From IMG/VR virus record IMGVR_UViG_3300046810_000256, positions 1 to 64,000 of that record: a stretch of 64,000 nucleotides of DNA; one strand, written 5' to 3'. This DNA is from a virus. The notes beneath the pieces were generated by a model. The model worked only from the letters and a program-made list of their open reading frames with translations, had not been told where the DNA came from and ran no database searches. Below are positions 16,862 through 24,928 of this stretch, in pieces; positions within the stretch are counted from its first letter, which is position 1, and each line of letters starts with the position of its first letter. The position numbers and the translations under genes are program-made.

Positions 16862-17200
16862 TCATGCAGCCGCCAGAAGCTCGGTTACCGGCAGGCCGGA
16901 ATCGACGAAATACCAGTCGCTGTCTGTCAGGTTGTTGATCATGAACTGCGCCAGCTGCGCCTTGTTCATGCTCTGAAGCAAGCGCCGCATCTTGAGTGAA
17001 GGGCCGCGCCATTCAGGCTCTACGCCTGCCAGTTTGGCCGCAGCCAAGTTATGGTGCCCGTCGAGCATCACCCGGTACTTTGCGCCACGCAGCTCAATGG
17101 TCAGCGTGCTGACAATGAACTTCTTGAACGTCGAGGCCTTGCGCTGCACTTTCTTCGGGTTCAGGAAGCGCTGCGAGCTGATCAGGGGCGGCAAGGTCAC
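16862..17200 (-). CDS. Stand-alone ParB/Srx-like domain protein
   Basis: ISSQRFL...YRVMLDGHHNLAAA. Confidence 0.7.
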   Translation of the reverse strand: MTLPPLISSQRFLNPKKVQRKASTFKKFIVSTLTIELRGAKYRVMLDGHHNLAAAKLAGVEPEWRGPSLKMRRLLQSMNKAQLAQFMINNLTDSDWYFVDSGLPVTELLAAA

Positions 17201-17391
17201 GGGTTCACCTTCTCTTCAGGATCAAGTTGGAACTCTTTGCACATGGCGTAGGCGGCCATTGAGCCAAGGCCAAAAGCATCGCGCACCAGCGCCCACCGCA
17301 CGCGCACTGGTTGGTGCTTGGTTGGGCGAAGGTTGCGCAGCGCCTTTTCGAGCAGTGAGCGCTCGTCGAATTGCTGACCGGCCAGAATCAT
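17197..17391 (-). CDS. Hypothetical protein
   Basis: Coupled by 4-nt overlaps on both sides. Confidence 0.55.
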   Translation of the reverse strand: MILAGQQFDERSLLEKALRNLRPTKHQPVRVRWALVRDAFGLGSMAAYAMCKEFQLDPEEKVNP

Positions 17392-17978
17392 TGCACACCC
17401 CCATGGGCACCGGAACGCACCATTACGCCCTTGTGAGTGCTGGTGCCGTTTATGGCCATCACTGTGATGAAATACTGATTGCGCCGCCGACGGTAGATGA
17501 TTTCCTCACGGTCGGTACCGGGAAATAGAATCTCTTTGGCCTTCACGCATAGCGGCGTTCGGCCCACGGTGAAGCTCAGGTAGTCGCCAGGCTGAACTTG
17601 CCCAGGCGCAGCCAGTGCCGTCCATCCGCTGACCTTGGCCTGCTCGGCGTCGTGCAACGCCTGCACCAGACGCGGATGAAGCTCAAGAACATCGGAATCC
17701 GGCGCCAGCACAGCGCTACGTGGGTCGAACAGCTGGCGCATGCCCATCACCGCCCGGCCCACACTGCCCTTACTCGCCACGGCCAGCAGATGCCGCACCA
17801 CACGCTGACACTGAGCAGCGTCCTCAACGTCGAACGCTTCGCCGACTTCCTCCAAGCAGATTTCATCCGGAAGGAAACCACGCTCGATTGCCTCCATGGT
17901 GAAGGCGATCTGATCGGCACACTGCAAATCTTCCTCGCTGGCCTTGGCTGCGAGCATCAACCCTATTCTTCCCTGCAT
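17388..17978 (-). CDS. Hypothetical protein
   Basis: First gene after the AT-rich operator at 18010. Confidence 0.6.
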   Translation of the reverse strand: MQGRIGLMLAAKASEEDLQCADQIAFTMEAIERGFLPDEICLEEVGEAFDVEDAAQCQRVVRHLLAVASKGSVGRAVMGMRQLFDPRSAVLAPDSDVLELHPRLVQALHDAEQAKVSGWTALAAPGQVQPGDYLSFTVGRTPLCVKAKEILFPGTDREEIIYRRRRNQYFITVMAINGTSTHKGVMVRSGAHGGVQ

Positions 17979-18009
17979 AAAATAATCCCCGTACAAGACG
18001 AGGATTATT

Positions 18010-18031
18010 AAACATTAATTTTATAATGTTT
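18010..18031. promoter_or_regulatory. Palindromic operator AAACATTA-N6-TAATGTTT
   Basis: Same architecture as 11750 and 11784. Confidence 0.65.
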
Positions 18032-18061
18032 TGTAGCGCTAAATTGGATCAAATACGCCGG

Positions 18062-19258
18062 TTATTCGTTGAAGGGTTCGCCGTAAGCGTCCATGCCGTT
18101 GTCATTGAGGTGCTGGCGGCCCTTCTCAGACAGGAAGTAGATACCCTCGGCCACGTCGAGCATCGACTGCGCCAGCAGAGTGGCCAGCGCATCGTGGTCG
18201 GTGATTTCGTCCTCAGACGCTGCGTCCGCCTTTGCGATGGCCACCAACTGATCCAGCGCCTTGTCATCCATCTGGCGGTCTTTCGCGCTGTCGAGCAGCG
18301 CGATGGCCGTCCGGAAGGATTCGGCCATACGCATTTCGTGCAGTGCCTGCTCTACGTTGCCTTCTGCCAGGTTGATTGGGCCATTGTTCTCGACCACCTC
18401 AAGGCCGACTTGCAAGTGGGCGATTGCGCCAGCTGTAGCTGCGTCGTCGAGCATGGTGCCGCTAGCGGCGACAATTTCCCGCGCCGCCACGTAGGCGCTG
18501 GCCAGCGATAAACCCTTCGGCGCTTCTTCAGTCGCTTGGGGTGCCGCGTCGAGCATGGCAGCGCACGCGCGGCCTTTGTCGTTGAGTACGTTGGCGCCCT
18601 TGTTGGTGTAACGGTCGATCAAACCGAGATCGATAAGCGAGTCACGCCCGGCCTTGCTCGGCACGTCGCCATCTTCAAGCACCTGGCCTTCAGCTTTGGC
18701 CAACTTGGTCAGCACGTCGCGGGCCGCATCGTCCAGGCTGGCCAGCTCCGTCGGTACCGAATCGGTCATTGCGCCGCCCAGCTTCGATACCAGTTCAGCA
18801 ATAGTCGACTTGCGGGCGCTGATTTGAGTGTCGAGCTCACTCACCTGTTGCGCCAGTGCGTCGACCTGCTTGGGCTTTGGCGTGGACATACCACGAGGCA
18901 ACGCTACAGCCTTGCGGGCCTGAGCTTTCTGGAAGGGAACCTGATTCTTTTCAGCCATGGCAGCAATCTCGCCCACTGCCTTTTCAACGTCGGAATGTTC
19001 CTTGAGTGGCTTCACCGATCCATTGAGCAGCACCTGATAGATATCACCGGTACTGTTCACTCGCAGGGTGACGGTCTGGCCACTGGCAAGCATCAACATG
19101 GCTTCGCGGTAGGTCGTATCGGAACTGCGGCGAGGTTTCTGACTGAATTCAGACGAAACAACGGATTGTCCCGCACGCCCCATCTGCTGACTGATCAGTT
19201 TGATTGCCTTGTCAGCACCAGCGGGCGAAGAGAAGTCCAGGGTATTGGTTTTGGGCAT
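18062..19258 (-). CDS. hdf: Hdf-like (DarA-fragment homologue) head protein with C-terminal winged-helix-like repeats
   Basis: SGQTVTLRVNSTGDIYQVLLNG DarA_N-like domain and coiled coil. The likely start is ATG 19258, behind a late promoter. Confidence 0.65.
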   Translation of the reverse strand: MPKTNTLDFSSPAGADKAIKLISQQMGRAGQSVVSSEFSQKPRRSSDTTYREAMLMLASGQTVTLRVNSTGDIYQVLLNGSVKPLKEHSDVEKAVGEIAAMAEKNQVPFQKAQARKAVALPRGMSTPKPKQVDALAQQVSELDTQISARKSTIAELVSKLGGAMTDSVPTELASLDDAARDVLTKLAKAEGQVLEDGDVPSKAGRDSLIDLGLIDRYTNKGANVLNDKGRACAAMLDAAPQATEEAPKGLSLASAYVAAREIVAASGTMLDDAATAGAIAHLQVGLEVVENNGPINLAEGNVEQALHEMRMAESFRTAIALLDSAKDRQMDDKALDQLVAIAKADAASEDEITDHDALATLLAQSMLDVAEGIYFLSEKGRQHLNDNGMDAYGEPFNE

Positions 19259-19294
19259 GGGGCGAATACTCGGGAGTGTGTGGAAATACCCGAT

Positions 19295-19335
19295 ATTTTG
19301 AAGCGGAAAAGCGCGGGCGTAATGTGGCGCTTTGC
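19295..19335 (-). promoter_or_regulatory. Late promoter motif (GCAAAGC-N28-CAAAAT)
   Basis: Conserved spacing. Confidence 0.6.
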
Positions 19336-19384
19336 GCCGCAAACCCTCCCGCTTGCCTGTTCTTTCGCTGCGCTTCAGAACAGG

Positions 19385-19950
19385 CAAGCCCTCCCGGCCC
19401 CGTAAAGGTTTCGAGTGGTTCGCCTTGCTACTCACTTTTGGAAGAATCGGCGAGATTCCTGCCCCCATTGCCCGCTGAGTAGACACTTCATAGACCTGCT
19501 GCATTACCGGATCTTGTCCTGTGGGACGATCCCCGCGGCGTTTTTAACGTGGTGCCGGTCTATTCCCCTTGCCCACATGGTAATGCCCCCAGGTTGCGAG
19601 CCTGGGAAGGCGTGAAGCGCGTCGCACGGTCGGCCCTGTGCAATGAATCCCCATTGGGCCGTACAGTCGCAAAGACGGGTAACAATCGCTTGATATCCAA
19701 CCCCATCTATCGCATACGCTTACGTCCATTTCGGGCGCACGAAAACAACTCGGGCGCGCGAAAAAGCGCGACTGCTCGATGAGTGAGGGGGCGAATCTGT
19801 AGACAAGGACGCGAGATCGCGCCAGAATTGACCTACAGAGTCGAGTTCCCCCGCCGCCAAAGCAAAGGATTCCCCTCGACTCAAGGCTAAAGGAGTTTGC
19901 ACCTCCGCATTAGCCCTTCAAGACCCGCTTATAGCGGGTCTTGTCGTATC
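19385..19950 (+). ncRNA. Candidate large structured non-coding RNA (~560 nt)
   Basis: More than 12 stems, crossing helices and G-U pairs favouring the plus strand; 3' hairpin 19919-19943; no credible ORF in 850 bp. Confidence 0.55.
19919..19950 (+). terminator. Terminator-like hairpin
   Basis: CAAGACCCGCT-tat-AGCGGGTCTTG followed by tcgtatct. Confidence 0.6.
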
Positions 19951-20106
19951 TGGCGCGCAGAATAACCGCGAGAATCATCAATACGCCATAGTGGCCATTT
20001 GTACAGCCTGTATAAAAACACAAGTCTATCCCCGTTTATCCCCGGACAAACGGGGGCGCTGAAGCCCCCTATCTGCGCCGTCTCCCGACGAACGGTCGTC
20101 CTCTCC

Positions 20107-20637
20107 TTAACTCGGCAATGGCTCACTGGTAGGCGCGTTCAAGCTGTCCTTGTGCGTATGGCGCTGCACGCTGATCCCGTCGCTGGTGATGTCTCCGCCG
20201 GTCTGCGTTACCGGCCCTTTGATGCTCAATGCGGTTGCAATGGCTGCTATTGACTCAGGTGTCAGCACCAGACTGGTACCGCCGACGACAAGCGCAATTT
20301 TCTCGCCCGCGTTGATGGTGAATACCTTGTCGGCGTTGAATTCGAAGTTATCGTGGTTCCAGCGCCGGGTTGATTGCTCGTTGCCGGTGTTCACCGGGCG
20401 GTGTCCCACGATGATCGGGTAACGCTGATCACCGTTGCGGAACGCCACCCACACCGGCATGCCAACAACCACGCGGATTTCCGTGTTGGTTGAGTCGCAG
20501 CCAATCGGGTAGCACATTTCGGCGAGCGGGAACGTCGAGGCGCCGTCGGTGTAGGGCGGGATCTCCACGCGGATCTCCCGGCGTTCACGGTTGGCGTCCA
20601 CTGAGCGAACAAAGCCCGGCGCGTAATTAGGTAGCAT
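20107..20637 (-). CDS. Baseplate central spike (P1 gp5/GpV-like)
   Basis: OB-fold VWVAFRNGDQRYPII, beta-helix repeats, terminal HTH (His-x-His) metal motif; likely start ATG 20637. Confidence 0.8.
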   Translation of the reverse strand: MLPNYAPGFVRSVDANRERREIRVEIPPYTDGASTFPLAEMCYPIGCDSTNTEIRVVVGMPVWVAFRNGDQRYPIIVGHRPVNTGNEQSTRRWNHDNFEFNADKVFTINAGEKIALVVGGTSLVLTPESIAAIATALSIKGPVTQTGGDITSDGISVQRHTHKDSLNAPTSEPLPS

Positions 20638-21526
20638 TGACCAGTTTCCCCATCCACAGGCGGCTGGTGCTCTCCATCGCGCCGGTTTTCTGCATAGCCG
20701 CGTGTGCGGCGGTGATGACCACAAGATTCTCCCCGCCTACCGACAGCACACTACCGGCCTGAATCTGCTGGCACTGCTGGGAGTCGACGGTCTTGGTACG
20801 CACGAGCACGCACGAGGCGTTGCGCAGCTGGCGCTGATCGCCGCGCGGCATCAGATTGATTACCCTCGACTCGCCCATCTGCCCGGTGACGATAGCCCCG
20901 GTGTCGCCCACGCTGTAGAAGCTCGGGACTTGCTGAAGCTCAAGAAACTCGCTGTCCACCTTTGCACTTGAGTCCACCTGGCCGATATCGTCCATCGGTG
21001 CCTGCTTGGCGAGGTCGGTCAAGCGCACAACCTGCAACTTGCCACCGACCAGCACCAGCGCGGCGCCTTCTTCTTGCAGCACCCTGGCCACTCCGTAACT
21101 CGGTTGAGTGCCACGAAAGCAGCTGAAGCGCGGTACCGAAAAGTCGCTACCAATGCGCAGATAGGCGCCGCAACTGCGCAGGATGGCGGAGAATGCCGCG
21201 TCCTCCATCACCACGGCCTGCGCCAGCGGTTCGGCCAACGGTGCGCAGCTGGCCAGCAACGCGATAACACTCATTGCTTGCTGCTGGTCTTTGCCCTGCA
21301 CTTCACCCAACGGCGGCGCCTTCTGAGTTTTGACGATCTTGTAAGCCAGATTCTCCCGGCCAGACCAGACAGTGACGCCCCGCTTCAGCTTGGCTTCCAA
21401 GCCGTCGATCAGCTTCACTGTGAACTCCAGGCTGCGTGGGATCGGCGTCAAGTCCGACCGGCTCACCCACCGAATAACCACGTCGGTGGGCAGCTGGTCG
21501 CCGCTCTCACTTAAGTAGACGTTCAT
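20627..21526 (-). CDS. Baseplate hub protein
   Basis: Position before the spike; RSDLTPIPRSLEF motif; likely start ATG 21526. Confidence 0.65.
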   Translation of the reverse strand: MNVYLSESGDQLPTDVVIRWVSRSDLTPIPRSLEFTVKLIDGLEAKLKRGVTVWSGRENLAYKIVKTQKAPPLGEVQGKDQQQAMSVIALLASCAPLAEPLAQAVVMEDAAFSAILRSCGAYLRIGSDFSVPRFSCFRGTQPSYGVARVLQEEGAALVLVGGKLQVVRLTDLAKQAPMDDIGQVDSSAKVDSEFLELQQVPSFYSVGDTGAIVTGQMGESRVINLMPRGDQRQLRNASCVLVRTKTVDSQQCQQIQAGSVLSVGGENLVVITAAHAAMQKTGAMESTSRLWMGKLVNAT

Positions 21527-22268
21527 TGCCGTCCACCATGTGTTCGAAGTCGTGGCCAATGCGCTGACGCATGTTCACCGTCTGAATGGTTGGGTAGCCT
21601 GGCGGTACGTTGGTGCTGCCGTCGTTTGGCTCGCCTTCAGCTGGCGCCCGGAAGATCGGTACAACGCACTTGAGCGCGACGTCGGCGGCCAGGATCTTGA
21701 TGTTCTTCTGATCGACGTCCACCTTCATCCAGTCGATACGCTTCGTCTCCAGCTGCATCGGCGCCGGAACTTCGTATTGGCCGAACTTGTATTTGGCATC
21801 CATGTAGCGGCGATGCGGTTCCTGCATGAAAGCGCTCAGCTGCGCCGCCAGCGACTTGGCCGAGTCGCCGTCGCTGGCGACGATCACAAGCTGAATACGT
21901 CGGTCGTGCATGTCTTGCCGGTAGTCGTACCACGAACCGCCTTCAAGGATCTGCACGCGCTCAAAGCCGGTGTGGTGGCCGCCCCAATCGGCGCCGGTAC
22001 CCAAAAAATCATCATCGGTGGCCAGCAGCAGCACCGGCAGTTTCGTCGTCGCGCCTGGCGGGCCGTTTTCGTTCTTGCGGTACTGCGCCAGCATGGCTTC
22101 AACCTTGTCCAGCATCCGCCCGGACGCCCATTGCATGGCTTGAGCCGGGCGGCGCTCTTTGAAGTCCCTGACTGCCGAAGTATCCGCGTAAATCGCCTTA
22201 AACCAGTCGAGCAGGTACCAGCCAAACGCCTCCTTTTGCTGGATAAAGCTGCCGTTCATTTCGTTCAT
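21507..22268 (-). CDS. Tail completion/terminator-like structural protein
   Basis: GAGG RBS before ATG 22268; within the tail operon. Confidence 0.5.
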   Translation of the reverse strand: MNEMNGSFIQQKEAFGWYLLDWFKAIYADTSAVRDFKERRPAQAMQWASGRMLDKVEAMLAQYRKNENGPPGATTKLPVLLLATDDDFLGTGADWGGHHTGFERVQILEGGSWYDYRQDMHDRRIQLVIVASDGDSAKSLAAQLSAFMQEPHRRYMDAKYKFGQYEVPAPMQLETKRIDWMKVDVDQKNIKILAADVALKCVVPIFRAPAEGEPNDGSTNVPPGYPTIQTVNMRQRIGHDFEHMVDGNERLLK

Positions 22269-22279
22269 TGCGAACCTCG

Positions 22280-22762
22280 TTAAGCCACGTCGAGCAGCGT
22301 GATGGGATGGCCGGACGTCTGCGCAGCGCCTGGCAGCATCCAAAGGTGCTGGGGCGTGATGCGCGCCCCCAGCTCAGACCGTAACAACGGTGTGCCGCCT
22401 TCGTTGAACGCCCAGGCCACGAACTCGGAACAGAAGAATCGATCTTTCGATTGCAGGCGCTTGGAGTGCAGGAGGATCCCCAACAGCCCCAGGTAGTCGT
22501 AACCGGCGCCGATCTTGCTCAGGGCGGCGTCTTTGACTGCCTGAGCGCTGGCACAGGGCATGTTGACCCGAGCGGCGTAGCTGGACTTTGCCAGCCGTTC
22601 CTTGAGCGGTGTCAGCGTCACGCCGCCGAACATGTTGGCGCCAATGACCTGATCGCCAAGAACAATTTCGACATGGCTGAACGCCGACCATGTAACACCA
22701 CGAATCAGCAGACTGCCGATCAAGCTGCGCCGGGTGAACAGCACCTGCACCGTTTGCGTCAT
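22280..22762 (-). CDS. Permuted papain-like (YiiX/YaeF, NlpC/P60) enzyme
   Basis: FSHVEI...YDYLG...FFCSEFVA with His before Cys. Confidence 0.8.
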   Translation of the reverse strand: MTQTVQVLFTRRSLIGSLLIRGVTWSAFSHVEIVLGDQVIGANMFGGVTLTPLKERLAKSSYAARVNMPCASAQAVKDAALSKIGAGYDYLGLLGILLHSKRLQSKDRFFCSEFVAWAFNEGGTPLLRSELGARITPQHLWMLPGAAQTSGHPITLLDVA

Positions 22763-23601
22763 TGAGCACCTTCCTCTGTAGGTTCCGGCTCAGTGTCTGG
22801 TACTGGCTCGGGCGGAGGAATTATCTCAGGCGTCTCGGCCTCGCTTTGCGCCCACTCTGCATAGGTTTGTGGCCAGCCGGTGGCGTAGTCGTAGGCGGCT
22901 GGATCGTCGACGACACGCATGGCGCGGTTGTGCGCCTCGGCGACTGTGTAAATGGCCATATCGGAGCGAGTGACCGCGGCCACCACGTCGAATGCCAGCT
23001 GCGCCGTTACCGGAGTAAATGAGCCATCCAGCATTTTCCACACAATGGGTTTGTCTTCACTGTCACGCAGCGCGGTGGCCATCGTGCCGCCAGCCGCCAG
23101 TGCGTCACGGGCGTTGTCTTTCAGACCGAGCCACTGGCTTCGGCTGAACAGATCGGAATGCACCCACTCTGTACCGACGTGAAACCCCGCCAGCACGCGC
23201 TGATCGCGCTCGGCCTTGATCCGCTCCCACGCGAGGTTCTGCGCGTCCTTGTGCAGCTTGGCCACCAGTACCGGGTCAAGCTGCCATGCGCCGTCAGTCC
23301 AGCTATGTCCAAGCGATGGGCGCGGTTCGCTGGTGAAACCGTCAGGGAGTTCGCCCAACGCAATATGCTCTTGAGGCTCGCCGGTCGCGGTGCTGTAGAT
23401 CTTGCCGCGGTAGTCGACCAACTGGCCGGGCGCGCCGTCAACGAGCGCCCACACCTTGCCTTCGTCGGGCGGCAGTAACTTCCCAGGCAACTCAATGGCA
23501 TCGCTGGGCAGCTGGGGGCCCACTCCCGGCACTACAGGGAAACTCACAGGGCCAGACAATGCGCCGCAATCGGTGATTAGATAAATCGCAGTCATAGACA
23601 C
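22759..23601 (-). CDS. Tail fibre assembly protein (DUF4376-like)
   Basis: DYRGKIYSTATG...LGELP and WERIKAERD...WKMLDGSF motifs. Confidence 0.7.
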   Translation of the reverse strand: MSMTAIYLITDCGALSGPVSFPVVPGVGPQLPSDAIELPGKLLPPDEGKVWALVDGAPGQLVDYRGKIYSTATGEPQEHIALGELPDGFTSEPRPSLGHSWTDGAWQLDPVLVAKLHKDAQNLAWERIKAERDQRVLAGFHVGTEWVHSDLFSRSQWLGLKDNARDALAAGGTMATALRDSEDKPIVWKMLDGSFTPVTAQLAFDVVAAVTRSDMAIYTVAEAHNRAMRVVDDPAAYDYATGWPQTYAEWAQSEAETPEIIPPPEPVPDTEPEPTEEGAQ

Positions 23602-23602
23602 C

Positions 23603-24487
23603 TCAGATCAGTTTCAGTCGGCCAGGGTAGGCAATGTTTTTTGGGCGAGTATCGCTGGCCGGGGTGATTACTTGGGACAGCAAGTAGCTGTTAACCATCG
23701 TGCCCGCGGCAGCCCCAGTGGCGGTAAGCGTGCCATTCAGAACCGAACCGCCTAGCGAGGTCGTTGTTTGCGGGCCACCGTTATTAACCGCTAGTAGCGC
23801 CATCTTGATGTCGCCCACACCGTCAGACTGATAGCTACCCGCCGTTCGCGAGGCGTCTAAGCCACGGGCTTCATCAAGAATTCGGATAAACACGCCTCGC
23901 CCTTCTGGCGCTCGGAAAGTCGTCGCACCATCACCGGATGTCCAGCAGCCCTCTTTACCGGCGCGTGCCGCTTCGGTAGTGAGCAATCCAGATTGCTGTG
24001 CGTGATCCCATACCCAAGGCCATTCAGATCGCACATACAAAAGGCCTGTATGTGCAACCCAGCCGCCTGGCGAAAACGCCATGGTGGTTTCGAACACCGG
24101 GCGCCCCAGCGGCGTGGCGTCCATGCGATCAATCACCCGCCAGTTGCCATTACCGTCACTGCGCAGATGCCAGAAGTCCCCGGCGCCCATCAGAACGAAG
24201 AATGGATAACCCTCGGGGCGCAGATGGGTGTGGAACAGCACTTTTTCGGCGCCAGCTGCTTGTACCACCAGACGGTTACCGCTGTTGTCCACCCGCTGCA
24301 CCCGGATATCCATCGAGCGGGTCGCGGGCGGCAACGTGAGCGTAAAACCCGCCGCTGTAGCATCCACCAGCAGGAAACCCGTCTCGCTGTCTGTGAGCGC
24401 CTTGGCGGCGGTGATTACTGCATTGTTCATCCCGCGCATGGCGAGCAGGCCGCTTTCGATATCGGCCAAATCATCAGAACGGCTCAT
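23603..24487 (-). CDS. Second tail fibre/tail-collar protein
   Basis: TTFRAPEGRGVFIRILDEARGLD...RPKNIAYP collar domain; likely start ATG 24487. Confidence 0.75.
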   Translation of the reverse strand: MSRSDDLADIESGLLAMRGMNNAVITAAKALTDSETGFLLVDATAAGFTLTLPPATRSMDIRVQRVDNSGNRLVVQAAGAEKVLFHTHLRPEGYPFFVLMGAGDFWHLRSDGNGNWRVIDRMDATPLGRPVFETTMAFSPGGWVAHTGLLYVRSEWPWVWDHAQQSGLLTTEAARAGKEGCWTSGDGATTFRAPEGRGVFIRILDEARGLDASRTAGSYQSDGVGDIKMALLAVNNGGPQTTTSLGGSVLNGTLTATGAAAGTMVNSYLLSQVITPASDTRPKNIAYPGRLKLI

Positions 24488-24927
24488 TGAGCATTTTCCT
24501 GTGCGATGGAGAGCCATTGCGGAGCGACTGGGCGCTCTTCTTCGGCGGGGAACGTCGACGATTGAGGCCAATCACGCAGCGCTTTGATATACGCCAACAG
24601 TTCGACGTATTGCTCTGTGGTGATTGTGGTTTCAGCGGACATTTCGAGTTCGTCCCGGTGCCGGTCGCGCAACCACGCAATACGCGCAATCTCAGCATCA
24701 CGCCATGCGCGGGCATCCGCGTCGGGAAACACTAGGGCTTCGGGCAGTGGCTGCTTGACTAGCTCACCGTCAACCAATCGCCAAACGCCATCCGTATCAT
24801 TCAGCGTTGAATTCCAAAGCGTTTCTGTGATGCGGATTGCGCCCTTAGGAATGACTGCGTGAAAGCTTGAGTCAAACCGCCCAATGATTTCCCCTGCATC
24901 GTTAACGACTACGTATTTCATGCTCAC
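24484..24927 (-). CDS. Tail fibre assembly chaperone
   Basis: RAWRD...WLRDRHRDE...Y.KALRDWPQ...FP...RP.AP.W. Confidence 0.8.
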   Translation of the reverse strand: MSMKYVVVNDAGEIIGRFDSSFHAVIPKGAIRITETLWNSTLNDTDGVWRLVDGELVKQPLPEALVFPDADARAWRDAEIARIAWLRDRHRDELEMSAETTITTEQYVELLAYIKALRDWPQSSTFPAEEERPVAPQWLSIAQENAQ

Positions 24928-24928
24928 C

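Noticed and set aside
19339-19379. Plus-strand late promoter for the ncRNA
   Set aside because: GCAAACC is perfect, but the hexamer 28 nt downstream (TTCAGA) does not fit the NAnnnT pattern, so it is not counted among the nine sites
19259-19504. N-terminal extension of the Hdf-like ORF given in the ORF track
   Set aside because: It overlaps the late promoter and the structured region; the DarA-like domain begins at ATG 19258
19385-19950. Group I/II intron, tmRNA, RNase P, hammerhead or retron msr-msd
   Set aside because: No diagnostic conserved cores recognised, no interrupted gene and no reverse transcriptase in the window
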